Source of the DNA: Eledone cirrhosa
Taxonomy: Eukaryota
Assembly (NCBI GenBank): GCA_964016885.1
Contig: OZ024743.1
Location: forward strand, 198,462,001-198,526,000
Length of the DNA stretch: 64,000 nt
Direction: 5' to 3'
The notes under the pieces are model-generated. The model saw nothing but the letters and a program-made list of their open reading frames with translations. It was not told the origin of the DNA and made no database searches. The translations under genes and the position numbers were made by a program. The number at the start of each line of letters is the position of its first letter. Within the stretch, counting starts at the first letter, position 1. Shown piece after piece: positions 44,161 through 57,286 of this stretch.

Positions 44161-44432
44161 ATATTAATTGTTTCTACTTTTAGAATAAGTTTAACAATTT
44201 GAAATGGGATTTCGATTAAATCGACCCCAGTGCGTTACTGGTACTTTAAATGATTGGCACCGTAAGGATGAATGGCAAAAAAAAACTATCAATATAACCG
44301 ATACTGTTTTACTGATACCAATACTCCATCTCACTTAAATGTGAAACTGGTATAGTTTCAACTTCTATTCCTATTCACACCTAGGGATATTGCTCTACAC
44401 ACACACACATACACTCATACACACACACACAC

Positions 44433-44477
<45 letters not shown>

Positions 44478-45570
44478 CAAACATATACACACACATAACC
44501 ACACACCCACACCCACACACGTAAGTGTCATTTTGGAGGTGTATGTGTAAATATGTAAATATGCCTTTATATACATACAAACAAACAAACATACACATAC
44601 ATGCATCTGAATATATTTTTGTATTTCTATGTGTCCGCATATATGTTTGCTTGTATAGATACGATTAAATTAGTTATCAGAACAAGGAATGTACATATAA
44701 ATACATCATTGCCGAAGTGATCGTTCTATAGAATCAACTGAAAGAGGAAAAGAATGAAAGAATAATGGTTGCGATTACTGAAATTACCATTCCAGGGCCA
44801 ATAACAAATATATAAACCCGTCAGACCATTTAAGGAGTGGGCCGCGAATCGTCTGAAGAATGAGATTTTGTATCAGACATTTACGTTGGAAGTTGTGATG
44901 AAGGAAACATAGAAATATTGTTTTGGACGATTCTTAAAGAATTTCCTTGAAGAATTCTTTAGAATGCTAATAGAAAGTTGAATAAAAATGGCCTTTGATT
45001 CTTCGTTTTTCTCACTGTTTTTCCCAATGTGTTTGTCAATGTCGTGAATTCTTCAGCAGATGCGATGAAGAGCAGGCACAAGCTTTGTTATTGGAAGAGA
45101 AATGTCTTCTTTTGAAATATTCTTTCTGTTGTTTTGTTATTTTTCTGCGAAAACAGGAGAGTTGTAACAAGAGTCTTATATTCTTAACTTGATAATTCTT
45201 GTTATTGTATTTGTTGTTGTTTTGGCTATGTTAGGAATTTAATGCTATTGTAGTTGTTCCTGTTATTATTGTAGTTGCTTGATACATCTAGTGGTGGGAG
45301 AGGTTTGATACTGCTTCAAATCTTGGCTTTTTTGTTGTTGTTATGTGCGCTGTTTTGTATTGTTGTTGTCGATGGAGCAGTTGTTGTAAATAGTTTTATG
45401 CAATACAGATTAATGAAATATAGTAACGTTGTGGAATTTCAATTCTTGAGTAATATCGTTATTTTTACGTTGTACTGTGTTTCAATTGCAGAGAAATATA
45501 AACAAACAGATACCATGTAATACAGTGCATTGCAGTGTAGTGTAGTTGTGTTGTTATTATTTATCCACAG

Positions 45571-45790
45571 GAGGGTGGTGGATTGGCAGTATCGGTAGAG
45601 AGACGGACACCATGCTTTGCAGCATAGAGTGACGGCCCTTTAGGGTCTGAGTTCAAATCCCGCCGATGTTAACTTTGCCTTTCATCATTACAGCGTCGAT
45701 AAAATAAAGTACCTGTCATGCACTTGGTTCGGTTTAATCGATTTCCCCTCCCCCAAAATTATTGGCATTGTGCCTATACTAGAAATCATA
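45571..45790 (+). mobile_element. SINE family 1, full length, with probable TSD
   Basis: Complete head-to-tail match; flanks ATTTATCCACAG / ATTTATCAACAG. Confidence 0.9.
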
Positions 45791-47239
45791 ATTTATCAAC
45801 AGCCCAAACTTGATAGTCCAAACCTGTGATCAAAGACATTCAAGCAATAACCATTCAATTTTATTGCATGCATTAAACATTCCAGTCTACAATAGTCAGT
45901 ATGCGCCTGTTTTATGATTTAAGAAAGATTGACATGATATTTCTTAGTGGTTAAGGTGTTTGCGTTCCGATAGTAAGGACATGTGTTCGCTTCCCGGTGG
46001 CGAGACGTGTACCTTAACAAGTCAGATATCTATCCCGTTGCACCAAAGATCTAGTTAAATTTAGTTGCAGCTGTAATTCAATGGAGCAAACTTGTCATAC
46101 ACTGTGTCATAATAGAGTTTTTAAAAAAATCACTAGGTTCAGAGACCAAACTTTATGTGAGCATGACGTTATATTTCTCGTTGCTCTAGACTACTCAGCT
46201 AACAAAAATGGGTTGCAGACACATGGTTTGTAGAACCAGCCTTGCCATATGCTATGCCACGCTGGATCTCCCTATGGAAGGGTTAAGGGCTAAGATGGCT
46301 GTGGAATGCTCAGCCAATTAATTATATTCCACGAGCATGCTGTTATGTAGCCCAGTCAACAGGAAAACCCAGCGTTGGAACCGATGGGAATCCAGCACAC
46401 ACATGCACACGCACACCCACACACATGCACACACACGCTCATTTACCCCCCCCCCCCCCACACACACACGCACGCACACACACACACATTTACATACAAA
46501 CGCACACACACACACAGAGTTCTGAATCTATATTGTACATATTTTAATCATTTGATCTTCATTTCTTGCACTATACGTTTTTACGTTTCCCCTCATTAAA
46601 CATAACATGCCGCCCTGACTTCACCTCATTTCTCATTCAATCAGTTGTTCTTAATTTGACATTTGGTGTATATATATAGATATATGTGTGTGTGTATATA
46701 CGTGTGTGTATGTGTGAGTGTGTGCACATGTGTGCGTATGTTATGTGTGTATGCATGAGCCTATGTATGTGTGTGATTGTATGCCAGATTGGGGTTGTGT
46801 CAATGCCAGTTACTCTTACCAATATAAACACAAATTGACACAAACACGTACACACACACACACATACACACACAGAAATACAGCCATATATATCCTTTCA
46901 CATTTTTCAATCTTTCTACAAGCTTCTCAATTTCTGTTTATACATTACTTTACTCTCGTTGTTCTGCCAGTTAATTGTTATATTAAACTGAAAAGTTTAT
47001 GTTAAGTTTGAAGACAGATAGTTTTACTATCGATGTGGTTTGTGAAGGCAATGAAGATGAATATAACATAAATACCAATGTCTGATCGAATACGTTAGTG
47101 TTTTATATTCTCCCTCCTTAATTGTGGTCGCCATTTCTTCGGGTTGGGAAGGGGTCAATTTTTCAGTCGTTTTCTTGTTTTCAGAAAATGTGGATGTCAT
47201 ATATTTTAGGGGAAGAACATAAACTATCATACTCCCAAG

Positions 47240-47385
47240 AATTGCCGGATTTAGGACAAATGAGGCCTTGTGCTAGTTAAGTTATGAGGCCCTAAATTCA
47301 TAGTAAAATTTGAGTGGCAGGAAGATGCCCCTCCCCACTGGCCAACTGTGCCCTGTGCTTAAGCACAATGGTAAATCCGGCACTG
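47240..47385. mobile_element. hAT-like MITE
   Basis: TIRs TGCCGGATTTA / TAAATCCGGCACTG; degenerate 8 bp flanks CTCCCAAG / GTCTCAAG. Confidence 0.65.
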
Positions 47386-47948
47386 GTCTCAAGCATAATT
47401 AGTAATTAGTTTACAAAGGGAGTGAAATCCTGCAAGGCAAGTAGATTTGCCCTCCGTATTTAGCCTCTGAAATACAATGAGGCCAATTCTGTTCGAGTTA
47501 CTCCGAATTTTTTTTATTTTTGTTTTCACATTAAAAGGAACAAAATGAATCATATTTTTGAATTGTCTTTGAAATTGAATAATTTACAGAAGATATATAG
47601 ATGTTGTTGTTGTTGTTATTGTGGTTGTTTTTGTTGCTGTTATTTTTGTTGTTATTGTGGCTGCTACAACTTTGTGCCAGTTAAGTTATGACCCATTATA
47701 GCTATAATCAAAGGCATTCCTGCTCCGAAAGCTTAGTGTGTTAGAAGAATGTACTATGCTATTGGCGCTGTCTAAGCTAAGCCCAGATATGGCTGATTCG
47801 TCAGGGAGTTTGCTTCGCAATAATGCGGCTTCGGGTTAGTCCTACAACGTGGTAACTTAAGCAAGTATCTTGCATTATATATTCTAGTCTACTAATGCTT
47901 CTTGAGGGAATCTTGATACTGAAACTGTGATGAATCCCATCGTATATA

Positions 47949-47980
<32 letters not shown>

Positions 47981-49177
47981 GTGTGTGTGAGTGTGTGTGT
48001 ATGTGTGTGTGTGGTGTGTGTGTGTGTTTGGTTGTTTGCTTCTTTTACACCATAACAGTGTTTCAATTAATGAAGGCCTATAAAATGAGAGTTGAGGTTG
48101 ATATGAATTAGTAAACCCCTAACATTGGTGCCCATGATGGCCAATCTTTAATGACTGAAACATAGAAATGAAGAAAAGGATAGAGATATATGAGTTCTTC
48201 AGAATAATCTTGCCAAAGAAAGGCTAGTGTATAGTGACAACTGGAAAGGCTACTGTATTAGTCACAACTGGAATAACTTGATAATTGGTTTACTAAAACA
48301 TAGCTCACCTGAGTCTAAATATCAATTTGAAAAAATGAAACTGAAGTTTACAGTTAATTTTATTCAGGTTAGGCTGACCTCCCCAGAGGTTGCCTCTCCT
48401 CATAGAGGTTCCTCTTGAATATTAATAATAGATCTGACTATTATTATAGCAATTCAATCGATCAAATAAAGGATACATCGCTTCAAATAAAGGATACATC
48501 GCTAGCATGGAGTTAGTACTGGTTGTGAAAAAAAAAGAACAAAAACTTACAGTTCACACTTATTGCAGTTTTAGCTGGTCTCCTACGAAATCACATCTCA
48601 TAGGGAGTTTCTCTCATGACTTGATGAGAGAGACCCATTCCAAAAATATAGTGTCTTGTTGAAAGCATTGCCCCGTCGAATCTACAACATTATGTTTATG
48701 CCAGTGGGCTAAACGTTATACTCTACCACAAAACCAACAAATCTCACAGTCTAGTGAGATGTAAACGAAACCAATTTAGTATATTTCCACAAGCTATTCA
48801 ACTGGGGTGATAAAGAACTGACAGTCATTCTCACTGACCTTACTCATTGTTTACACTTTCCGTTTTATTACTGATAATACCATAAAAATGTCTCTTGTTA
48901 GTATCAAAGTTAAATTTATTACTTTCAACAGTTAACAGGCTGTTCAAAACATTGCACCAGCCTTGCTACTACCGCTGTTTGGATCAGCAGAATCGTTGGA
49001 GCGTCGGACAAGATACAGCATTTGAGTTCAAATCCTGCCGATGTCAATATAGCTTAGTTATCAAGCTCCAGAGGTCAATAAAATAAGTAGCAATCAAGCA
49101 CTGGAATCGATATAATCCAACTTCCTCCTGCTGGCTTTGTTGATAAATCACAAAGTATTATTGATACAGCATTACTA

Positions 49178-49520
49178 GGCGCAGAGCTTCATGGTTACAG
49201 CGTTAGGCTTGCACTCGTGAGGTGGTGAGTTCGATTCTTGGTCTGTGTGATGCGTTGTGCCCCTTAAGGAAGACACCTTTTTTTTTCACGTTGCACCAGT
49301 TTTCTCAGCTGTATGAATAAGGTGTGGCCTCAGTGGTGCCAAGCTGTATTTGCCTTTGTCTTTCCCTTGGACAACATCGGTGGCATGGAGAGGGTTGGCT
49401 GGTATACATGGGTGACTGCTGGTCTTCAACAATCTTGCTCGAACCTGTGGCTCAGAGGGGGAACCCTATATGTGCAAACCTCGTGGTTATTCATGGCCGA
49501 AGGAGGTCTTTAACCTTTAC
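49178..49520 (+). mobile_element. tRNA-derived SINE (family 2-like head, different 3' part)
   Basis: B box GAGTTCGATTC, then TGCGTTGTGCCCTTAAGGAAGACAC...TTCACGTTGCACCAG as in 51700-51970. Confidence 0.6.
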
Positions 49521-49644
49521 CTTCACTAGTAGTCAGCAATATCTCTTCAAATTTTGCATTATTTCCAATTAAGCTTTGATTAATTTTATATATTGTTACG
49601 CATACAGTTAACCCCTATATATATATATATATAGGAACATGTTT

Positions 49645-49773
49645 GACCCTGACGGCAGAGCTCAAGCCGTTTCGACGGTCAAACATTTTCCTATTACCCA
49701 CTCTACTACCCTAAGTATTGAGTACTCTGGTGCGTTATGGTCCATCTGGTTCCTTACCACACCTCCTTCGTTA
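49645..49773. mobile_element. TA-flanked PLE-like fragment (family G), copy 1
   Basis: Shares GACGGCA(G/A)AGCTCAAGCCGTTTCGACGG and AAGTATTGAGTACTCTGGTG...TTCGTTA with 53820-53941. Confidence 0.6.
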
Positions 49774-49783
49774 TATACACATC

Positions 49784-49855
<72 letters not shown>

Positions 49856-50223
49856 AAGAGAGATAGATAGAATGGTGGTCTCACCAGGTTGCCCGGTTGC
49901 CCAGTGGCAGGTAGGCCCCAAAGGGCCACGGTAGCATTCCAAGAGCCCACAGTAGCATTGCAGGGCCCACTGTAGTATTTTAGGGGCTAATGCTTTGCTT
50001 TAAAAAAATACCTGAAATCTAAGAGAAAGAATAAACTTAAAAAAAAAAAAAATGAAACAATTAAGCAAAGCATTTGGTCAACGAATTCCCCAGGGAATTA
50101 CTAGAAACCAAAAGATACGATAGTGCAAATAGGTGGAATCTGTGGTTGTACATTCTACTAAATCTAAAGCTTAATGTATTCATTCATGTATGCAAACATT
50201 CATATATAGACACAGACACACAA

Positions 50224-50264
<41 letters not shown>

Positions 50265-50592
50265 TAGATAGAAACACACACGCACACGAGAAAGAAAACG
50301 AGTATGTAGTTTATGGAACACCCAAATGATTTAGATGTCGACTTTAAGTAGGAGCAATAACATTAAGAAAGATATGAACGACACCACATCATTTTGTTTT
50401 GTAAATTTTGAAAGTAGGTTTATAAGTATGAATTTTCATAAGATGTTTTGTAGTTGTCTCTGTAACCTGGCGATAGATACTAGAGACGGTGGACTTCCTG
50501 ATCTTGGGTTCAATCCTGGTCAAGAGGTACATGTAACAGTTTTTATTTTACAACCAATAGAAAAAAACTGAAAAGGTTTGCCGAGAACCCAA

Positions 50593-51005
50593 CTGCCGAC
50601 CAGGATCGAACTTCAGACCAGGATCACCACCGTCTATGATTCCTCCAATTAGGCTACCGAGACAGCTAAAAGAATACAATGAAAATTAATAATTATAAAC
50701 CTACTTTCAAAATCAAAGTTAAAAAGATGTGTCGTTCATGGCATTTCTAGAGCTATTAGTAATATTTAGGGTTGACTTGTCAATCTTCCTCCCCTTTGGT
50801 AAGAACCTTATTATTCCTGTGTGTGCTTAACAGTTGAAATAATTTAATTTGATTATCTTAGCAAACAAATACTATATATATATATATATTTATATAGAAT
50901 TTATTTTAACCTGTAATCCATGTTTCATTTCTGTTGCACCTCATTTCTCCAGCACCTCACCCTTTCACTCTCTCTTTCTCTCTGTGATATTTGAAACTTT
51001 AACCT

Positions 51006-51045
<40 letters not shown>

Positions 51046-51315
51046 AATATATATATATATATATTAAAATAAGAGGTTAAAGTTTAAGCTAAAGAATCGC
51101 TGCTTAGTAAGGCCAAATCATAGTAATTTCTAATATCATATCGAACTTCATACCAGGATCACCGCCGTCTATGATTCCTCCAACTAGGCTACCGAGACAG
51201 CTACAAGAGTATAATGAAAATTTATAAATATAAACCTAATTTCAAAATCAAAGTTAAAAAATGTGGTGTCCTTCCTGGCTTTCCCAGAGCTATTTGTAAT
51301 ATTTAGCGTCGACTT
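50593..51315 (-). repeat. Two direct copies (~160 bp; 50618-50778, 51153-51315) of a repeat containing a tRNA-like segment
   Basis: Minus strand TAGCCTAATTGG (A box-like) ... GTTCGATCC (B box); a diverged inverted copy lies near 50465-50521. Confidence 0.6.
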
Positions 51316-51699
51316 CCGGTCCTTATTGAAAGTCTCTGGATTTTGCAAAATACATAATATTTTTTATTGGAGAAGGTAAGATGTTTTTCCGCCAAAATTT
51401 GATTGTACTGTTTTGTTTCCACTTATGTATTTTTCGTAAATGTTATTTATTCATTATAATAATTAAATGATAGCATTCTATATGTAGGTTGGCTCCGTTC
51501 ATCTCCAGGCAACAAATATTTTTAGACCCTGTCCGCCACTGTATACATGTGTATGTGTGTGTCATACCATTATGGGCACTTGGTGCATAGGCAATATATG
51601 TGTGTGTGTGTGTATGTGATACCGAGGTGTAAAAGTACGTATTCAGTAAGAATTTATGAAAGATGACTGACGTACTATATTTCGTAAATGTCTACAATT

Positions 51700-51970
51700 T
51701 TGGAGGAACGTGGCCGTGTGGTAATGGTTTTGGACTTATGATCATAATGTCGTGGGTTGCGTGTTGTGTTCTTGAGCAAAACACTTTATTTCACGTTGAT
51801 CCAGTATACACAGCTGGAAATGAGTACCAGCAATAACTGGGGTTTAATCCTGCAATGGGCTGGCGTCCTGTGCAGGGGAAGTATTGTACTCTCAGTCGCT
51901 TCATGCCATGAAACCGGGATAAGCACCGGCCCAATGAGCCTTCTGGCTTAAGACAAACTTTAGATTTAGA
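51700..51970 (+). mobile_element. tRNA-derived SINE family 2 with 8 bp TSD
   Basis: TSD CTACAATT (51692-51699, 51971-51978); matches the reverse complement of 58615-58900. Confidence 0.88.
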
Positions 51971-52500
51971 CTACAATTGGTGTATTCTTTAGTAATACAT
52001 ATGTCAAACTAATATGTTTAATCTAGCAGGTTCGGTTCGGTTCAAACAACCATCACTGGATATGCGAATCCAGTGTTCTAAACATGATGATTCCAGCGTT
52101 CTAGTAGATTTGACATATGGTGCATAATTTGATGGAGGATTCAGATTTTATTAATATATTACCCATGTCAAGCAAATATTGAGAAACATTTGTGCTGACC
52201 GCATAATATGTGCTATGCAATTCTTTGAGCATCTGGATATTATTTGTACACATGAAAATATATGCTGCTGTAATTGTGCATGTGTATCTCATCGATTCTG
52301 AGTAGATTGTGTGTTAGTGTATGTCTTTGTTTATGTTCATATGTATAGTCCAGCATATACGTGTATATATATATATATATATATACACGTAAGCTTTAGA
52401 ATTATTTTACTGTAAACATGTCGGAGCTAAGAATGAACTAAGAAGAGATCGTTCATTATTTTATGAAAGATAAAAAGAAGAGAGAAAGTGAAATAATTGT

Positions 52501-52546
<46 letters not shown>

Positions 52547-53073
52547 TTGGGGAGGGTGTGTGTGCATTATAGAGTATCTGTGAAGAGATAGAATGTCTGG
52601 TGGGAGAGAATGTGTGTGAGAGAGAGAGAGAAAGAAAGGGAAAGAGATAACGAGAAAAATAGAAATAAAGAAAGGGAGGAAGAGTAAGAGAGGAGCGACA
52701 ATAACAACTGCAAAAGGATGGCATGGGAGAAACCTTGTAAATAATGAAAAAAAAAGTCACTTTCCCAAGAGAACCAATTGTTTCATATTTGCCTTTGAAG
52801 ATGTCTACTATTTAGAGTGTAATTTCATTAATGATGAATTAAATCATTTATATACCTTCACAGCCGCTTAATAATGGTCGATTATTGATCACATAATATA
52901 CATATGGAATACAAAATTATATATGCCTCTGTTTTATTTTAGTGAAACATTCAAACTGCAGCAAGTAACAAAACATTCGCTTCAACAGAAAAGATTGATG
53001 AAACAAAACGAAGTTATTTTTTTAGACACAAATAAGGATATACAAACATGGTACACACTCGCGCACACATACA

Positions 53074-53124
<51 letters not shown>

Positions 53125-53230
53125 ACACACATACACACATTAACACACACTCATATATATACATATATACATACACACACACGTGTGCGTGTGCTTCTGT
53201 TTTTAATGTGAATATGCGGATATATATGTG

Positions 53231-53269
<39 letters not shown>

Positions 53270-53819
53270 CCGAAGAGATTGTTTTGGTAAAAACAGAAGC
53301 AAGCAGGAGAAAGCTCTCAAAATTCGTAGTTTGTAGTTACGATGGAGATTCATATATATAAATATATACATATGTACATTCGCACTTCCACTCACTCACT
53401 CTTTTTTTCTCCCCTTCTCACTTCCTCCCGTTCGCTAGTAGTGGGGTTCCTTCTTTCTCACACCGCATTCACGGCGTACGGTCTTTTTTTCCTTCCGCTC
53501 ATGAAATTCACCCAGCTTATGCTGATAGGATAACTATCATGTTGCTTGCTGTTTTTCCAACTTTCGGTTTGCTTTTCCTTCTGTTGTTTACTTGTCTCAC
53601 TCTCTTTACGCGTTTCACTTGTCCCAATAGCTTATTTTAGTTATTGCTCGCACCAACCTGAGGTATCTGATTTTTAATGCGATGAAATACCAATGATGGT
53701 TGGCAAATCACTGATGAGGGACTAATTTTATAATATGTAATCCATGTGCAACCATGCAGTGTTCTTCTCCCCTTGTTTTTCATATATATATATATATACA
53801 TGTATAGTAATATTTTAAA

Positions 53820-53938
53820 GACCCCGACGGCAAAGCTCAAGCCGTTTCGACGGCTATTTCTGTCCAGAAATAGCCGTGGAAAGTATTGAGTACTCTGGTG
53901 TATTATGGACTAACTGGCTCCTTACCACACTTACTTCG

Positions 53939-53941
<3 letters not shown>
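53820..53941. mobile_element. Family G fold-back fragment, copy 2
   Basis: Hairpin ACGGCTATTTCTG-TC-CAGAAATAGCCGT (53850-53877). Confidence 0.6.
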
Positions 53942-53986
<45 letters not shown>

Positions 53987-53990
<4 letters not shown>

Positions 53991-54596
53991 TGGCTGCCAA
54001 CTCGTTTTCGAGTACGGCCACTACTTTATACCCATGTAGGAGAACCCCTACCGATGCGCTGAACGAGTGTGACTTTTTAGTCCAGCCAGCGACTTGAAAA
54101 CTCTAGTACAAAGACTACACTTGTGACCATTATTGACACATAGTGCAGAGCCCATGGTACCATGTGACGACAAGTGCAGAGAGATCTCCAGATATAAAGC
54201 AATGCCTGTGCCGTGAAGCTTTTATAGTGAGCAAAGGCACTGCACAAAGCCAGTCCCACTCTCTTAACCCAGATGATATTTACCAAAAAGAAGAACAAGT
54301 CAACATCATTGGATACCATCAGGGTTGCAGGTGTTATATCAGAGTTTTCCTTCTCCTAGAATTCTGCCTTGACAAAGGCTAAGGGGTCATCTCTCCCGGT
54401 GATTTTGGATGGCCATTGACTCTTAAGAGCTCCCTTGCCCTTTGACAGGTTTTGTTTTTAGTCCTGCAGGATGTCCAAAGTCACCCTCCTCACCAAGAAA
54501 CCTTGGTGGGGTTGCCAGTTTAGTCGCCAACGACCCGACCATGATACAGGTTGTACTGGGATACATGTTACCAGTAGCACCAACTGGTGACCTGAC
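53987..54596 (-). mobile_element. Non-autonomous RTE-like element, copy 3 (610 bp), inside (TA)n
   Basis: Same 5' and 3' ends as 7478-8091. Confidence 0.8.
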
Positions 54597-54712
<116 letters not shown>

Positions 54713-54714
54713 TA

Positions 54715-55012
54715 TGGAAAAAATGAAATGAAATTTCATTTCTCACTCTTAGTACGGCTGTTACTTAAATATAAGTATGTATACGTGCATACATATATGT
54801 ATACAGACATACAGTAGTATGTATATATATACATACATGCACACACATATATATATATATATGTACGTACGGATTTACCGAACATTTATTATAATGCTCG
54901 GTTTGTTTGTAAACAAACATCCCGAATTAAGCTGTATAGTGTTTAGCAACCATCGTTGCCCTTTTGTTCAAAACTGACAAAGGAACGATGCACTAGTTTC
55001 AAGCTTATTAGC

Positions 55013-55014
<2 letters not shown>
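54715..55014 (-). mobile_element. Family B1 copy truncated inside the hammerhead
   Basis: Matches 32727-33016 in reverse; stops at a TA run within stem II. Confidence 0.85.
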
Positions 55015-55104
<90 letters not shown>

Positions 55105-55612
55105 GAAGCTTAGTAAGATCGAAGCTTTGGCTGTGGGCAAACAAAGTCGACCTAAAATAGGAATGAGATAGTAAAGCACTCAATGAGGGTAGGTCCTTAG
55201 AGTAATAACATATGTTTAAATAGCTTGACAAATTGAACATTGCGGTAGGCAAAACCCAACCACACAATACCAAAGTAACGAAAGAACAAAAGATACACCT
55301 GGACAAATCAAACGATATACGTCTAAAGTGTTTCTATCAATCCGAAATCATTAATCCAACTCACGTAACACGCACGCTCGTGGTATTCCATGATCGAACA
55401 GAGGTTTCATTTCATCAACGGGGAAACCGTTCTGCCACAAATCGGAGTGAAACAAACTAAATGCGGCCGCTAAGAATGCAGCCAGCGAACATTTAGTTGT
55501 CACGTGTTATTTCCAACAAGGGAAGCAATCATCGGTTTTTGGCGGGTAAATTCAAAGTGTCAACAAAGGAAATATTATAATTTCCGCTAACATTCCGAAT
55601 AAAAGCCCTCAA

Positions 55613-55684
<72 letters not shown>

Positions 55685-55688
<4 letters not shown>

Positions 55689-55880
55689 TGAATTTAGAAA
55701 TGGCTTCTACAGGACTTGAACTGTTTTATTCGGGAGAAATCATCTAGGCTTTCCTTAATGATTTCTCCCGAATGAAACAGTTCTAGTCTTGTAGAAGCCA
55801 TTTCTATATTAAATATTTATACTCTGCTATGTTTTGTGTACCTTACTTACTGTGGTTAACCCCGATTTAACTCGGAATAA
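55685..55880. mobile_element. PLE family A fold-back insertion
   Basis: Hairpin 55685-55816; decayed cores; tail CCTTACTTACTGTGGTTAACCCCG. Confidence 0.7.
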
Positions 55881-55887
55881 TCATATG

Positions 55888-55993
<106 letters not shown>

Positions 55994-56033
55994 ATACATA
56001 CATATATATATACACACAAGTGTAACGTATATA

Positions 56034-56075
<42 letters not shown>

Positions 56076-56188
56076 TTGTAATAGAATGAAATGAAATTTC
56101 ATTTCTCACTCTTAGACGGCACTTACTTAAATGTAAGTATGTATGTATACGTACATACATATATGTATACAGACGTACAGTAGCATGC

Positions 56189-56271
<83 letters not shown>

Positions 56272-56421
56272 CAGGTACATATATATATATGTACGTATCA
56301 GTTTAGCGGACGTTTATTATAACGTCCGCTTTGTCCGTTTGTAAACAAACGGACAGCCTGATTTATGCCGTACGGTGTTAAGGCAACCACGTCACCTTTT
56401 TGTTCAACACTGACACAGGAA

Positions 56422-56462
56422 CGATGTACTAGTTTCAAGCTTCTTAGCTATCATCAGCACCG
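56422..56462 (-). ncRNA. Minimal type I hammerhead (B2, GUA site)
   Basis: Reverse complement of 56900-56940. Confidence 0.8.
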
Positions 56463-56899
56463 TATCCCCTTCTGCCAGATGGTTGAACGTTCGAAAGTAT
56501 ATACTTTCCTTATGAAAATTAACGGCTGAGCAGCCTAATTTGCATATCGAGTGAGTTCAGTCGGCCAGGCGTACCGAAAACGATAAGTTGTAATAGAATG
56601 AAACAACATTTCATTTCTCACTCTTAGTACGGCACTTACTTAAATGTAAGTATGTATGTATACGTACATACATATATGTATACAGACGTACAGTAGCATG
56701 CATATATATATATATATATACAAGTAAGTGCCGTTTAAGAGTGAGAAATGAAATTTCGTTTCATTCTATTACAACTTATAGTTTTCGGTACGCCTGGCCG
56801 ACTGAACTCACACGATATGCAAATTAGGCTGCTCAGCCGTTAATTTTCATAAGGAAAGTATATACTTTCGAACGTTCAACCATCTGGCAGAAGGGGATA

Positions 56900-56940
56900 C
56901 GGTGCTGATGATAGCTAAGAAGCTTGAAACTAGTACATCG
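56900..56940 (+). ncRNA. Minimal type I hammerhead (B2, GUA site)
   Basis: CGGTG-CTGATGA-T-AGCT-AAGA-AGCT-T-GAAA-CTAG-TA-CATCG; predicted cleavage after 56935. Confidence 0.8.
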
Positions 56941-57087
56941 TTCCTGTGTCAGTGTTGAACAAAAAGGTGACGTGGTTGCCTTAACACCGTACGGCATAAA
57001 TCAGGCTGTCTCTTTGTTTACAAACGGACATAGCGGGCGTTATAATAAACGTCCGCTAAACTGATACGTACATATATATATGTGTAC

Positions 57088-57136
<49 letters not shown>

Positions 57137-57186
57137 TGCTACTGTACGTCTGTATACATATATGTATGTACGTATACATACATACT

Positions 57187-57238
<52 letters not shown>

Positions 57239-57286
57239 TTCAAAATATTAACAAATGAAAAATATTTTCATAATCAAAAAATATAC

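Larger units (their letters stand above)
56072..57190. mobile_element. Family B2: head-to-head pair (minus ~1.2 units of 512 bp, 56072-56702; plus ~1 unit, 56722-57190)
   Basis: TAAGTTGTAATAGAATGAAA at 56072 and 56584; the arms are near-perfect reverse complements; TA-flanked. Confidence 0.88.

Noticed and set aside
43422-44202. Gly/Ser-rich 240 aa ORF and overlapping poly-Val and poly-Leu/Pro ORFs
   Set aside because: A trinucleotide repeat open in several frames and on both strands; not evidence of coding
49901-51541. Possible hAT element with CAGTGGC.. termini
   Set aside because: TIR match is weak and there is no target-site duplication
54077-54382. Recurrent 79-91 aa ORFs (MVSND..., PWYHVTTSAERSP...) at three loci
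   Set aside because: They recur only because the 610 bp element is repeated; starts and ends vary and no protein motif is evident
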